DNA of 50,805 nt from Candidatus Kaiserbacteria bacterium. Its GTDB lineage: Bacteria; Patescibacteriota; Minisyncoccia; Phycocordibacterales; UBA2100. Where the stretch lies: positions 1 to 50,805 of the forward strand of contig JAFAPB010000070.1 in assembly GCA_019247335.1 (NCBI GenBank). The letters are read 5' to 3'. The translations under genes and the position numbers were made by a program. The first letter of the stretch is position 1. Each line of letters starts with the position of its first letter. The notes below the pieces were generated by a model. The model was not told where the DNA came from. It saw only the letters and a list, made by a program, of their open reading frames with translations, and did no database searches. Below are positions 7,963 to 15,467 of the stretch, piece by piece.

Positions 7963-8589
7963 ATGGAGCCGAAGGAGATCATTGATATTTCAATGCCGCT
8001 TCGCGAGGGCATGCCGACGTACCCCGGTACGATCGCGCTTACGATCGAAACGAAAAAAAGTGCAACGACCGGCTCGCAAATGTCAGAAATTTCTATTGGC
8101 TCGCACGCGGGCACGCATATTGATGCGCCGCTGCACGCATTTCCGAATGGCGCATCGATCGATTCGATCCCGCTGCTTTCATTCATCGGTGTCTGCCGAG
8201 TCGTCGATTGCACTGCGAGCGTTGGAAGCGTAAGCAAAACGGATCTCGAAGCAAAAGATATTCAAGAAGGCGAGCGAATCCTGATAAAGACCAGCAATTC
8301 GATCCGCGGATTCAGTGAATTCTATCCCGATTTCGTATTTGTCTCATCAGAGGCGTCGCAGTACCTCGCAGAAAAAGGTGTCGTGCTCGTTGGCATCGAT
8401 TCGCTCTCGATCAAACAGAAAGGCTCGCCAGATAATACGCCGCATACGCATTTGCTTGAGAAACAAATTCCCATCCTTGAAGGAATCGATCTTTCTAAAG
8501 CAGAGGAAGGCGAGTATACATTGATCGCATTCCCGCTCGCGTACATCGGTATCGATGGTGCGCCAGCACGCGCGGTGCTTCTGCGCTGA
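7963..8589 (+). CDS. Cyclase-family protein (kynurenine/aryl-formamidase-like)
   Basis: The HxGTHxDxPxH motif is present as GSHAGTHIDAPLH. I set the start at ATG 7963, which is 7 nt after TACAAT and downstream of the csp terminator. Confidence 0.75.
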   Translation: MEPKEIIDISMPLREGMPTYPGTIALTIETKKSATTGSQMSEISIGSHAGTHIDAPLHAFPNGASIDSIPLLSFIGVCRVVDCTASVGSVSKTDLEAKDIQEGERILIKTSNSIRGFSEFYPDFVFVSSEASQYLAEKGVVLVGIDSLSIKQKGSPDNTPHTHLLEKQIPILEGIDLSKAEEGEYTLIAFPLAYIGIDGAPARAVLLR

Positions 8590-8590
8590 T

Positions 8591-9247
8591 ATGTCGCGCC
8601 CGCGCATTATCGTTTTTGCCTCCGGCAGCAAGGATGGTGGCGGCAGCGGATTTGAGAATCTGGTCAAAAGCGCGGATCTCGATGCAGCTATTGTCGCGGT
8701 TGTTTCAAATCACGAACATGGCGGTGTGCGCGCCCGCGCGGAGAAACTCGACGTACCGTTCATTTATATGCCGGCGCCATACGATGCGGCTGCCTATCAA
8801 AAAATTGTTGCAGGTACCGGTGCCGAATGGGTCGCGCTCTCCGGCTGGCTCAAATTTGTGCATGGCCTCGATCCTGCAAAGGCGTTTAACATCCATCCCG
8901 CATTGCTATCATTTCAAAACGGCAGATTCGGCGGCCCCGGCCTTTATGGCCACCATGTCCACGAAGCGGTAAAAGAGGCATTCGATGCGGGAGACGTTTC
9001 TGAATCCGGCTTCACGATGCATTTCGTCACTGGAGAATATGATCGCGGGCCGATATTTTTTGAATACCGCGTGCCGCTTATCGCAGGCATGAGTGCGGAT
9101 GATATAGCCAAAACAGTAAATGCGGAGGAACATCGATGGCAGCCGAAGATCACGAATATGGTCGTGCACGGCGACATATTGTGGGATGGCAAAGACCCCG
9201 CGAGCCTTCACGCGCCCGCAGGCTACGGCTATTTCCCAAAGCCATAA
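8591..9247 (+). CDS. purN: Phosphoribosylglycinamide formyltransferase-like (PurN-type formyltransferase)
   Basis: MSRPRIIVFASGS...SGWLKFV...NIHPALL...GLYGHHVHEAV...SGFTMHFVTGEYDRGPI. The ATG lies 1 nt after the cyclase stop. Confidence 0.7.
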   Translation: MSRPRIIVFASGSKDGGGSGFENLVKSADLDAAIVAVVSNHEHGGVRARAEKLDVPFIYMPAPYDAAAYQKIVAGTGAEWVALSGWLKFVHGLDPAKAFNIHPALLSFQNGRFGGPGLYGHHVHEAVKEAFDAGDVSESGFTMHFVTGEYDRGPIFFEYRVPLIAGMSADDIAKTVNAEEHRWQPKITNMVVHGDILWDGKDPASLHAPAGYGYFPKP

Positions 9248-9315
9248 TCTCAACTAGAATGCGCGCACCGGGCATGCGTCGGAATTGGCCTGAACGATGA
9301 CGTTCAAATTATTGT

Positions 9316-9397
9316 GGGCGTGTGGCGGAATTGGTATACGCGTACGTCTCAGAAGCGTATCCCGCAAGGGTTGGGAGTTCGAGTCTCCCCACGCCCA
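9316..9397 (+). tRNA. tRNA-Leu (anticodon CAG), type II with long variable arm, no encoded CCA
   Basis: Acceptor GGGCGTG/CACGCCC, 3-bp D stem GCG/CGC, anticodon stem TACGT/GCGTA with loop CTCAGAA, variable arm TCCCGCAAGGGTT, T arm GGGAG-TTCGAGT-CTCCC. Confidence 0.9.
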
Positions 9398-9413
9398 CAA
9401 TGCTTTGAACTGG

Positions 9414-9471
9414 GCGTACGTCTCAGAAGTGTATCCAGCAAGGGTTGGGAGTTCGAGTCTCCCCATGCCCA
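9414..9471 (+). pseudogene. Truncated tandem copy of the 3' ~58 nt of tRNA-Leu(CAG), lacking the 5' acceptor strand and D arm
   Basis: 9414..9471 aligns without gaps to 9340..9397 with 3 mismatches. It runs from the D-stem 3' strand through the anticodon, variable and T arms to the discriminator base. Confidence 0.7.
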
Positions 9472-9493
9472 CTGTTTGAGCGATAATACACAT

Positions 9494-10546
9494 ATGATCA
9501 AGAGAGAGGTTTCGCTCGTCCTTGCCGCATCGGTACTCTTCGCGATGCTTATTGTCTGCGTCGCGCTCATCTCGTCGGCATTTCGCGATCTCTCTGCAGA
9601 ATCCGCTGCACCGCCCGAAGCCGGAACAGTCGCGGTCTATTTGAACAATCAGGAATACGCGCGCGAGAGCGACACGCTCGCGCGGCTCGTCAACGATCAG
9701 GGCGCTACGGCGGCGCTCGAGCGGCTTAAAAAGGACATGAGCGATCCGAAAGTTGCTGCATCGTGCCATTCGCTCGCGCACGGCATCGGTCACGCGGCGT
9801 TCGAGAAGTACAAAGATTTCGGTACCGCGATGCAGTATCAGGACGACGTCTGCGGCGCCGGCTATTTGCATGGTGTGATCGAGCGGGTCTTTAAGAGTTC
9901 GACCGATATCGACAGAGACATGGATACGATCTGCAAGCCGTATACGTCGGAAGTATTTCTGCAGAAGTGCTACCACGGCGTCGGCCACGGTCTTATGTAT
10001 TACACCGACAACGACGTGACTAAGTCGATCAGCATGTGTGGGGAATATAAGAGCAATGAATTCAAGATCGCGTGTTCAGAAGGCGTATTTATGGAAAATT
10101 TCGGCACCGATGAGAATGATCACGAGTCTGCATTTTTGAATGCCGACAATCCGTCGTTTCCGTGTACCCAGCAAAATACTTTTTACAAAGGCAGCTGCTA
10201 TTTCTACGCGCCGATCTATTACTTGCGGCTGCACGAGAATAATTATCGATCCGCCTTGAACTGGTGCGCGACGATCGAGACGCCGTTCAAACTCCGCTGC
10301 ATGACCGGCGTCGGCAGCCGGATCATGAAACAATATCTCGATAATGCGCGGGTTCCCGAAAATATGTGCGTCCGCCAGGATCGCGCTGAAACGGCTGCAT
10401 GCATCGATGGCATGATGAGCTACTACCTTCTGCAGAATAATTCTGTCGATGCGGCACTCCGTATATGCGACGATTTCTCCGGCCCGAGCCACGACGATTG
10501 CGTCTCATCCGTCGAATCGCGCCGCGCGCTTTATGAAGATCAATAA
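9494..10546 (+). CDS. Membrane-anchored Cys/His-rich repeat protein, function unknown
   Basis: I set the start at ATG 9494, 6 nt after GATAAT, because the longer ORF would read through both tRNA sequences. There is an N-terminal TM helix followed by about 7 units of ~33-40 aa, each opening with Cys (CHSLAHGIGH, CGAGYLHGV, CYHGVGHGL, CSEGVFME, CYFYAPIY, CMTGVGSR, CIDGMMSY). Confidence 0.65.
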   Translation: MIKREVSLVLAASVLFAMLIVCVALISSAFRDLSAESAAPPEAGTVAVYLNNQEYARESDTLARLVNDQGATAALERLKKDMSDPKVAASCHSLAHGIGHAAFEKYKDFGTAMQYQDDVCGAGYLHGVIERVFKSSTDIDRDMDTICKPYTSEVFLQKCYHGVGHGLMYYTDNDVTKSISMCGEYKSNEFKIACSEGVFMENFGTDENDHESAFLNADNPSFPCTQQNTFYKGSCYFYAPIYYLRLHENNYRSALNWCATIETPFKLRCMTGVGSRIMKQYLDNARVPENMCVRQDRAETAACIDGMMSYYLLQNNSVDAALRICDDFSGPSHDDCVSSVESRRALYEDQ

Positions 10547-10586
10547 AGATTGTACTGGGCAATAAACCTGCTATCCTCACGGGCAC

Positions 10587-11297
10587 ATGGACTTGAAGGG
10601 GTCATCGGCGGTGATAACGGGCGGAGCACGCGGGCTCGGTGCCTCGCTCGCGCGTGAGCTTGTCGAGAACGGTGGCAATGTGCTCATTTCGGACATCGAC
10701 GGGGGTGATCTGCGCTCGCTCGCCAAAGAGCTCGATATGCCGTCGTTGCACTGCAACGTGACGGATCGCGAGCAGGTGGAGGCGCTCGGTCGCTACGCGA
10801 TGGAGCGCTTCGGCCAGATCGATCTCTGGATCAACAACGCGGGCATCTGGATGCCGTACATGCCCGCGCTCGAGATCGATTTCAATAAGGCGCGTCAGCT
10901 GATCGACGTGAATTATTTCGGCACCGCCTACGGTATGCTCGAAGCGGTAAAGCATATGCAGCCGCGCGGTGCGGGCACTATTTTAAATATCCTCTCGGTG
11001 CGCTCCTTGAAAGGCAAAGCGCTCGGCGCGGCATACTCGGCAAGCAAATTCGCAGCCGAAGGATTCACGCAAGCGGTGCGCGACGAGCTCAAGGATACGG
11101 GCATTTCCGTCCTCGGCGTCTATCCGTATCGCATGAAGACGGGACTCTTCGGCGAGCACAAGCACAAGGATTACGCGCAGTCGATGGAGCCGGACGATGT
11201 CGCGAAAATAATCACCGACAATCTCATCCATCAGCGCCCCGCAGAGCACCTCGAGATCTGGAGCGCGACCGACGTACGCAAGTCATACATCGTATGA
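10587..11297 (+). CDS. Short-chain dehydrogenase/reductase (SDR) family oxidoreductase
   Basis: TGGARGLG cofactor motif, NNAG, and the catalytic YSASK motif. Confidence 0.9.
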   Translation: MDLKGSSAVITGGARGLGASLARELVENGGNVLISDIDGGDLRSLAKELDMPSLHCNVTDREQVEALGRYAMERFGQIDLWINNAGIWMPYMPALEIDFNKARQLIDVNYFGTAYGMLEAVKHMQPRGAGTILNILSVRSLKGKALGAAYSASKFAAEGFTQAVRDELKDTGISVLGVYPYRMKTGLFGEHKHKDYAQSMEPDDVAKIITDNLIHQRPAEHLEIWSATDVRKSYIV

Positions 11298-11983
11298 ACG
11301 TGATGGCGGTTCGCACCGCTCTTTTCAAAGAAGGAAATGACCTAGCCGCTTTTATCATTCGTCACATACCAAAAGTAAAAAACGGTTTCGTGATCGTCGT
11401 CTCGTCGAAGATCGCGGCGCTTGCAGAAGGCCGTACCGCTGGTGCGCACGACAAAGAGCGGCTGATCAAAAAAGAGAGTTCATGGCGCAAGAGAATATTG
11501 CCGAAATGGTGGCTCACGGTACGCGATGGCGTCGCGATCGTAAATGCCGGCATCGATGATTCGAATGCGGAAGGGAAACTCGTACTTTTGCCGAAAGACT
11601 GTTTCAAAACGGCTGCCGCGCTTCGCGCGAAGCTCAAAAGGCACTACCGCATTCGTAATCTCGGTGTGATTTTGACCGACAGTCGCGTCGCGCCGCTGCG
11701 CGCAGGCGTGACCGGCGTTGCGCTCGGTTACGCAGGATTCAAGGGTGTCCGTGATTATCGCGGCACAAAAGATTTATTCGGTCGCCGGCTTGAAGTCACG
11801 CAGACCAACGTCGCGGATTCGCTCGCGACTGCAGCCACATTACTCATGGGCGAGGAAAGCGAGCGTCAGCCGCTTGCTGTCATCGAAGATGCACCCGTCG
11901 AATTCGCGGAGCGCGTGAACCGGAAGGAAACATTGATATCGCTCAAAGACGATATCTATCGCGACCTGTTTAAGCGACGGTAG
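11294..11983 (+). CDS. Coenzyme F420-0:L-glutamate ligase (CofE)-like protein
   Basis: VVSSKIAALAEGR, NAGIDDSNAEG, and LTDSRVAPLRAGVTGVALGYAGFKGVRDYRG...VADSLATAATLLMGE match the CofE/F420-ligase family layout. Its start overlaps the SDR stop (ATGA). Confidence 0.7.
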   Translation: MNVMAVRTALFKEGNDLAAFIIRHIPKVKNGFVIVVSSKIAALAEGRTAGAHDKERLIKKESSWRKRILPKWWLTVRDGVAIVNAGIDDSNAEGKLVLLPKDCFKTAAALRAKLKRHYRIRNLGVILTDSRVAPLRAGVTGVALGYAGFKGVRDYRGTKDLFGRRLEVTQTNVADSLATAATLLMGEESERQPLAVIEDAPVEFAERVNRKETLISLKDDIYRDLFKRR

Positions 11984-12566
11984 AAACGGCGCTCGACACC
12001 CGATCGCGCACTGCCGAGCGCGCTAATTCGTAGCTGCCGAAAAGTACGCTCGTGTAGAAGAGATCGCCGAAGAGCGTGCCTTGGAGAAACGGCAAGCCTG
12101 CGACATAGCTCTGCCAGAGACCGAGGAGCGAACGGTCGTATTCGCCGAGCATCCAGACGGCGGCGTTGGTGATGAGGAAGAACTGCAGGCTGCAGAAAAT
12201 GCTCGCGAGCACGACCGTAAGCGGGCTCTTGTGATGCTTGAGCCAGAGGCCCACGAGCGCGGAGATCGCGAAGCTGACGTAGACCGCCACGATCGCGCTA
12301 TGCAGGAGCGCGAGCGGTCCGTAGAGATGGCTGAAGTCGAAGTACTGCGCGCTGAACGGATGCACATAGAGCAATAGATAATCGGAGATGAGCATTGCGG
12401 CGAGCGGGACGATAAAGGCGTAGCGCTTGTTCAGATAGACGCCGCCGAAGAGCGCCATCGCTGTGATCGGCGCGAAATTCGGCATATGCGGCACGAGGCG
12501 CATGAGTGCGAGGAGCGCGATCACGCCAAACGGAGCGGCTGCGGCAAGAAGTTTCTGCATAGGCAA
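11970..12566 (-). CDS. Small polytopic membrane protein (~6 TM; MPNFAPI motif; DUF6580-like), last gene of the B12-riboswitch operon
   Basis: 198 aa and hydrophobic throughout. Its start directly abuts the upstream stop (12567/12566). The family name is from memory of the PNFxPI motif and was not searched. Confidence 0.6.
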   Translation of the reverse strand: MPMQKLLAAAAPFGVIALLALMRLVPHMPNFAPITAMALFGGVYLNKRYAFIVPLAAMLISDYLLLYVHPFSAQYFDFSHLYGPLALLHSAIVAVYVSFAISALVGLWLKHHKSPLTVVLASIFCSLQFFLITNAAVWMLGEYDRSLLGLWQSYVAGLPFLQGTLFGDLFYTSVLFGSYELARSAVRDRVSSAVSTVA

Positions 12567-14597
12567 TTATCCTATCACGTTGATAAGCCAGCTAAAGAAG
12601 GACCTTATGAGGCCGAAGAGACCCCCGCTTCCGGCTGCCGCCGATGCTGTTTGAGTCGTTGAGGTAGCGATCGGATCGGTGTGCGGTGGCGTCTCTTTTG
12701 GCGTCTTTGGTGTGGGCTTCGGAACGAGGGGTTTGATGCTGTGCGGTTTCGGCGCCGGTGCCGTGGTCGTCGGGACTATCGTGATCACTTCTACGGGTGT
12801 TGATGTCGCGGTCGGCGGCGTTGACGTGGCGAGAACAGGCGTTGATGTCGCGACGATCGGCGTCGTCGTTGCGATCGTGATCGTGCTCGCTGCGGTCGAG
12901 CTGGCTTCGGCATAGGTCGTACTATTCGGCGCAGAATTTCCGCCGGCCGGCTGCGTGAAGGACGCGAGGAGCGAATCCCACGTCCTGCCCAACGCGCCCG
13001 GTACCGCGTATTCCGTGGCCCACACGCGGGTCGCTTGTGCACCAGAAGTATTTTCCATGCCGCCATCACTTTGCTGTCCGGCCGCAAGCGCGTCCCCGGT
13101 GCCATTGCCATTCACGTTCCAATTGCCGTCCCCGAGCGCAGCGATCGCTTGCGCTGCCCAGCTTGTCGAGAAGCTCGTCCCGTCGACGCTGAAACCGCCG
13201 TCGCTTTTTTGCTGGTTGTGCAGATAGGTCGACGCCTTATTCAGCGCGTCGCTCACTCCCGGCTGCGATCGCACCAATGAGAGCGCCTGAATGCCGGCGG
13301 AGGTCGTATCCGGATCCATCCACGAGCCGTTCGCGGCCTGCTGCGCGACGATGTATGCCGTCAGCTTTTGAATGACGGCGTCGTTTGCACTGTATCCCGC
13401 ATGCATGAGCGGGAAGAGCGCAAAGATGTCGCCGTTGACCGGCGCGCCGTTTATTTTCGTCCCGTCGAACGCGGCGACTATCGGCGCGATGTAATCTTTG
13501 TCCCCGCCGGTGTATGGGTTGATCCCGAGCGCTTCGAGCGCCATGGCGTGGCGTTCGAAGTCGGTGGGGCTCGAGAGCGCCGGAGAAGCCGATGCTATGT
13601 AGCTGTGCAGTTTCGTCTTTGCGGCTCCAGGATCGCCCGCGGCAAAAGTAAGCGCTGCCCAATCGGTGAGCCGATCATCCGCAAAGGAGCCGTCCGCATT
13701 CTGCGCGGAGGCAAGGAATTGCAGCGCTGCAGCAACGTTGAAGACCGGCTTGAAAATCCCGCCACCGCTGCCGGAACTCGCGCCGACCGGCGTCGATGAT
13801 GCGGTCGAGGTCGCGACCGATGCGTGATCGGTCACGGTGAGCGGCGTATTCGGGAAATAAAAATCTTCTTTGATGCCGACCTGGTAGGTCCCCGTCGCAT
13901 TGACCGTGAGGATGGTCTCGCCGTTCTGATCAGCGACGCCGGTTGCGAGTTCCGTGAAGGAAAAATCCGGATTCGAGGTGCCGACGCCGAGCGTGACGCC
14001 TGGAAGCGGCACGTAATTACCAGATGCGAGATCGTACGATTCTGCCGTTACAGTAAAGGGCGTGCCGGATTCGACCGTGGAGCTCGCGAGCACCGCTTTG
14101 CGCTGCGGACCGAAGAACACATAGATCACGTCGCCGTTGTTGAGCGTGGTGTGATCTGCGCCGACCTGTGGGAACGCGCCGTTCACCGCATACGTCCAGT
14201 CGAAGCAATCGGGCGTCGCGCCGGAGGGCACCGCGATGCAGTTGATAAGAAATGAGTTGAACGAGCTGAAGTAACTGAGATCCGTAATGTCGAATGCGGA
14301 ACTGCTGCTGTCGAGCGAGGAGAGGACTGCAAGGAGGCTCCGCGCCGGCACTGACACCGCGCTGCCGCCGGAGGTCGGCGTGATCGAGGCATCTGCGGAC
14401 GTCGTCGCGGGGAGATCCGCCGTGCCGCTAAAAGCAGTGTTCGAGCCGTCGCGGATCGTGAGCGTCACGGTATCCGGTGCTATCGGCGTCGATGTCGCTG
14501 CATCAGGCGTACTCGTCGCGTCATCCGCAAACGCAACGCCTGTTAAAAGGAAACAAAGAACGAGAGAACCTAGACTTACGCGCACGCCGTATTTCAT
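12567..14597 (-). CDS. Exported multidomain protein: DUF4430 (transcobalamin beta-domain-like) + beta-rich segment + prenyltransferase/terpene-cyclase-like alpha/alpha-toroid repeats + Thr/Pro-rich stalk + C-terminal hydrophobic anchor
   Basis: Signal peptide MKYGVRVSLGSLVLCFLLTGVAFA. DUF4430-type ...CFDWTYAVNGAFPQVGADHTTLNNGDVIYVFFG. Toroid-type repeats ...QNADGSF..., ...QAANGSW..., ...QKSDGGF..., ...QQSDGGM... Tail PKPHSIKPLVPKPTPKTPKETPP...LFGLIRSFFSWLINVIG. Confidence 0.7.
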   Translation of the reverse strand: MKYGVRVSLGSLVLCFLLTGVAFADDATSTPDAATSTPIAPDTVTLTIRDGSNTAFSGTADLPATTSADASITPTSGGSAVSVPARSLLAVLSSLDSSSSAFDITDLSYFSSFNSFLINCIAVPSGATPDCFDWTYAVNGAFPQVGADHTTLNNGDVIYVFFGPQRKAVLASSTVESGTPFTVTAESYDLASGNYVPLPGVTLGVGTSNPDFSFTELATGVADQNGETILTVNATGTYQVGIKEDFYFPNTPLTVTDHASVATSTASSTPVGASSGSGGGIFKPVFNVAAALQFLASAQNADGSFADDRLTDWAALTFAAGDPGAAKTKLHSYIASASPALSSPTDFERHAMALEALGINPYTGGDKDYIAPIVAAFDGTKINGAPVNGDIFALFPLMHAGYSANDAVIQKLTAYIVAQQAANGSWMDPDTTSAGIQALSLVRSQPGVSDALNKASTYLHNQQKSDGGFSVDGTSFSTSWAAQAIAALGDGNWNVNGNGTGDALAAGQQSDGGMENTSGAQATRVWATEYAVPGALGRTWDSLLASFTQPAGGNSAPNSTTYAEASSTAASTITIATTTPIVATSTPVLATSTPPTATSTPVEVITIVPTTTAPAPKPHSIKPLVPKPTPKTPKETPPHTDPIATSTTQTASAAAGSGGLFGLIRSFFSWLINVIG

Positions 14598-14612
14598 AGA
14601 ATCGCGATTACA

Positions 14613-15143
14613 TTAATAAGCTGACTCATAACGCCACTCGACGGTATCGCCCGCGCGGACCTGCGCATCCGATGCGCCGACCGTCGCGGATTTACCGTTC
14701 ACGTAGAGGAACCAATACTTGTTGCCGGTGTTCGCGAGGCCGTTGATCGACTCGACGAATGCGCCGAGACCGGCGTATTGCGATTCCGTATACGATAGGG
14801 TGCCGTTCGCTTTCAACTGCCGCATGAGATCGATGACCGTGCCCTCATGCGATGCGGTAAAACGTACGTCCGTCGATGCCGATTGAGTTGCCGCAGGAGC
14901 TTTTGCCGGTGCGGAAGGAGTGGATGACGTCGAAGCAGCGATATTCGTATGTGCCGCCTGTTGGGAAGCCTTTTTTGCGGGTACCGACGTGCGCATCGAT
15001 GTCGTGGCGGGCGCTGCGCCACTCGCGGTCTTTGATGTCGCGATGCTGACGGAAGTCGGTGCGGTGTGCGGACGCGCGAGAAAAAGCCCGCCGAACACGA
15101 CGATGATGACGAGCAGTGCTACGGGGATTAATTTTTTTGTCAT
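14613..15143 (-). CDS. Membrane-anchored DUF4430-domain protein (transcobalamin beta-domain-like), first gene after the riboswitch
   Basis: I set the start at ATG 15143 (MTKKLIPVALLVIIVVFGG...); the longer ORF covers the riboswitch. The C-terminal domain is ...GAFVESINGLANTGNKYWFLYVNGKSATVGASDAQVRAGDTVEWRY. Confidence 0.75.
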   Translation of the reverse strand: MTKKLIPVALLVIIVVFGGLFLARPHTAPTSVSIATSKTASGAAPATTSMRTSVPAKKASQQAAHTNIAASTSSTPSAPAKAPAATQSASTDVRFTASHEGTVIDLMRQLKANGTLSYTESQYAGLGAFVESINGLANTGNKYWFLYVNGKSATVGASDAQVRAGDTVEWRYESAY

Positions 15144-15147
15144 AAAA

Positions 15148-15345
15148 CGCGAAAACTCTGCCCGAAGCAGAGTTTTGACGACTATGTGTCTTACGACACG
15201 CTCTCCTGCTCGGGATAACGAATGTCGAAGACCGGACTCGTCCCCGGTTTCCCGAGGCATTACCGTTGCGGCACAGTGGGGGGATTGCACCCCAGCTTCC
15301 AATCCGCTTTTTTCTGACTTGCGGACCCGGCCCGAGGGCCGGCAA
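15148..15345 (-). promoter_or_regulatory. Cobalamin (B12) riboswitch with terminator expression platform
   Basis: The minus-strand RNA contains GGAAGCUGGGGUGCAAUCCCCCCACUGUGCCGCAACGGUAA, which matches the conserved aptamer core pattern GGGAA..GGUG.AA.CC...CCGCAAC.GUAA. Downstream are GGGAAACCGGGG, GAGUCCGG (B12-box-like), and the terminator AAAACUCUGC-UUCG-GGCAGAGUUUU-CGCGUUUU immediately before the ATG. Confidence 0.7.
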
Positions 15346-15360
15346 CAATCGTGAAAGTCG

Positions 15361-15388
15361 ATTGTACGCCGGCTGCTTTTCCATGCAA
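15361..15388 (-). promoter_or_regulatory. Putative promoter of the riboswitch operon (TTGCAT-16 nt-TACAAT on the minus strand)
   Basis: The hexamers were read on the reverse complement (plus-strand ATGCAA 15383..15388 and ATTGTA 15361..15366). Confidence 0.5.
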
Positions 15389-15467
15389 TGTGCACAGCAC
15401 GACACAAAACGATCCGGCGCTGCGGTCAATATGCACGCCCGTCCATGCGCTCATCGGATATGACATA

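Noticed and set aside
7194-8237. 347-aa minus ORF spanning the murA 3' end, the csp gene and the cyclase 5' end
   Set aside because: It crosses three well-supported plus-strand genes and an intrinsic terminator. Its composition is low-complexity and Arg/Ser-rich.
9254-10546. The 244-aa minus ORF (9254..9988) and the N-terminal 60 codons of the 410-aa plus ORF (9314..)
   Set aside because: Both read straight through tRNA-Leu and its truncated copy. The plus-strand gene has a well-placed ATG at 9494 with a -10 box 6 nt upstream.
12679-14616. Several 60-140-aa plus-strand ORFs inside the 676-aa exported-protein gene
   Set aside because: They are antisense to a gene with a coherent signal peptide and domain structure, and they arise from the Thr/Ala/Ser-rich repetitive coding sequence.
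14613-15407. The long form (264 aa) of the DUF4430 gene
   Set aside because: The extra 88 codons cover the cobalamin riboswitch and its terminator. The ATG at 15143 directly follows the terminator U-tract and begins with a typical membrane anchor.
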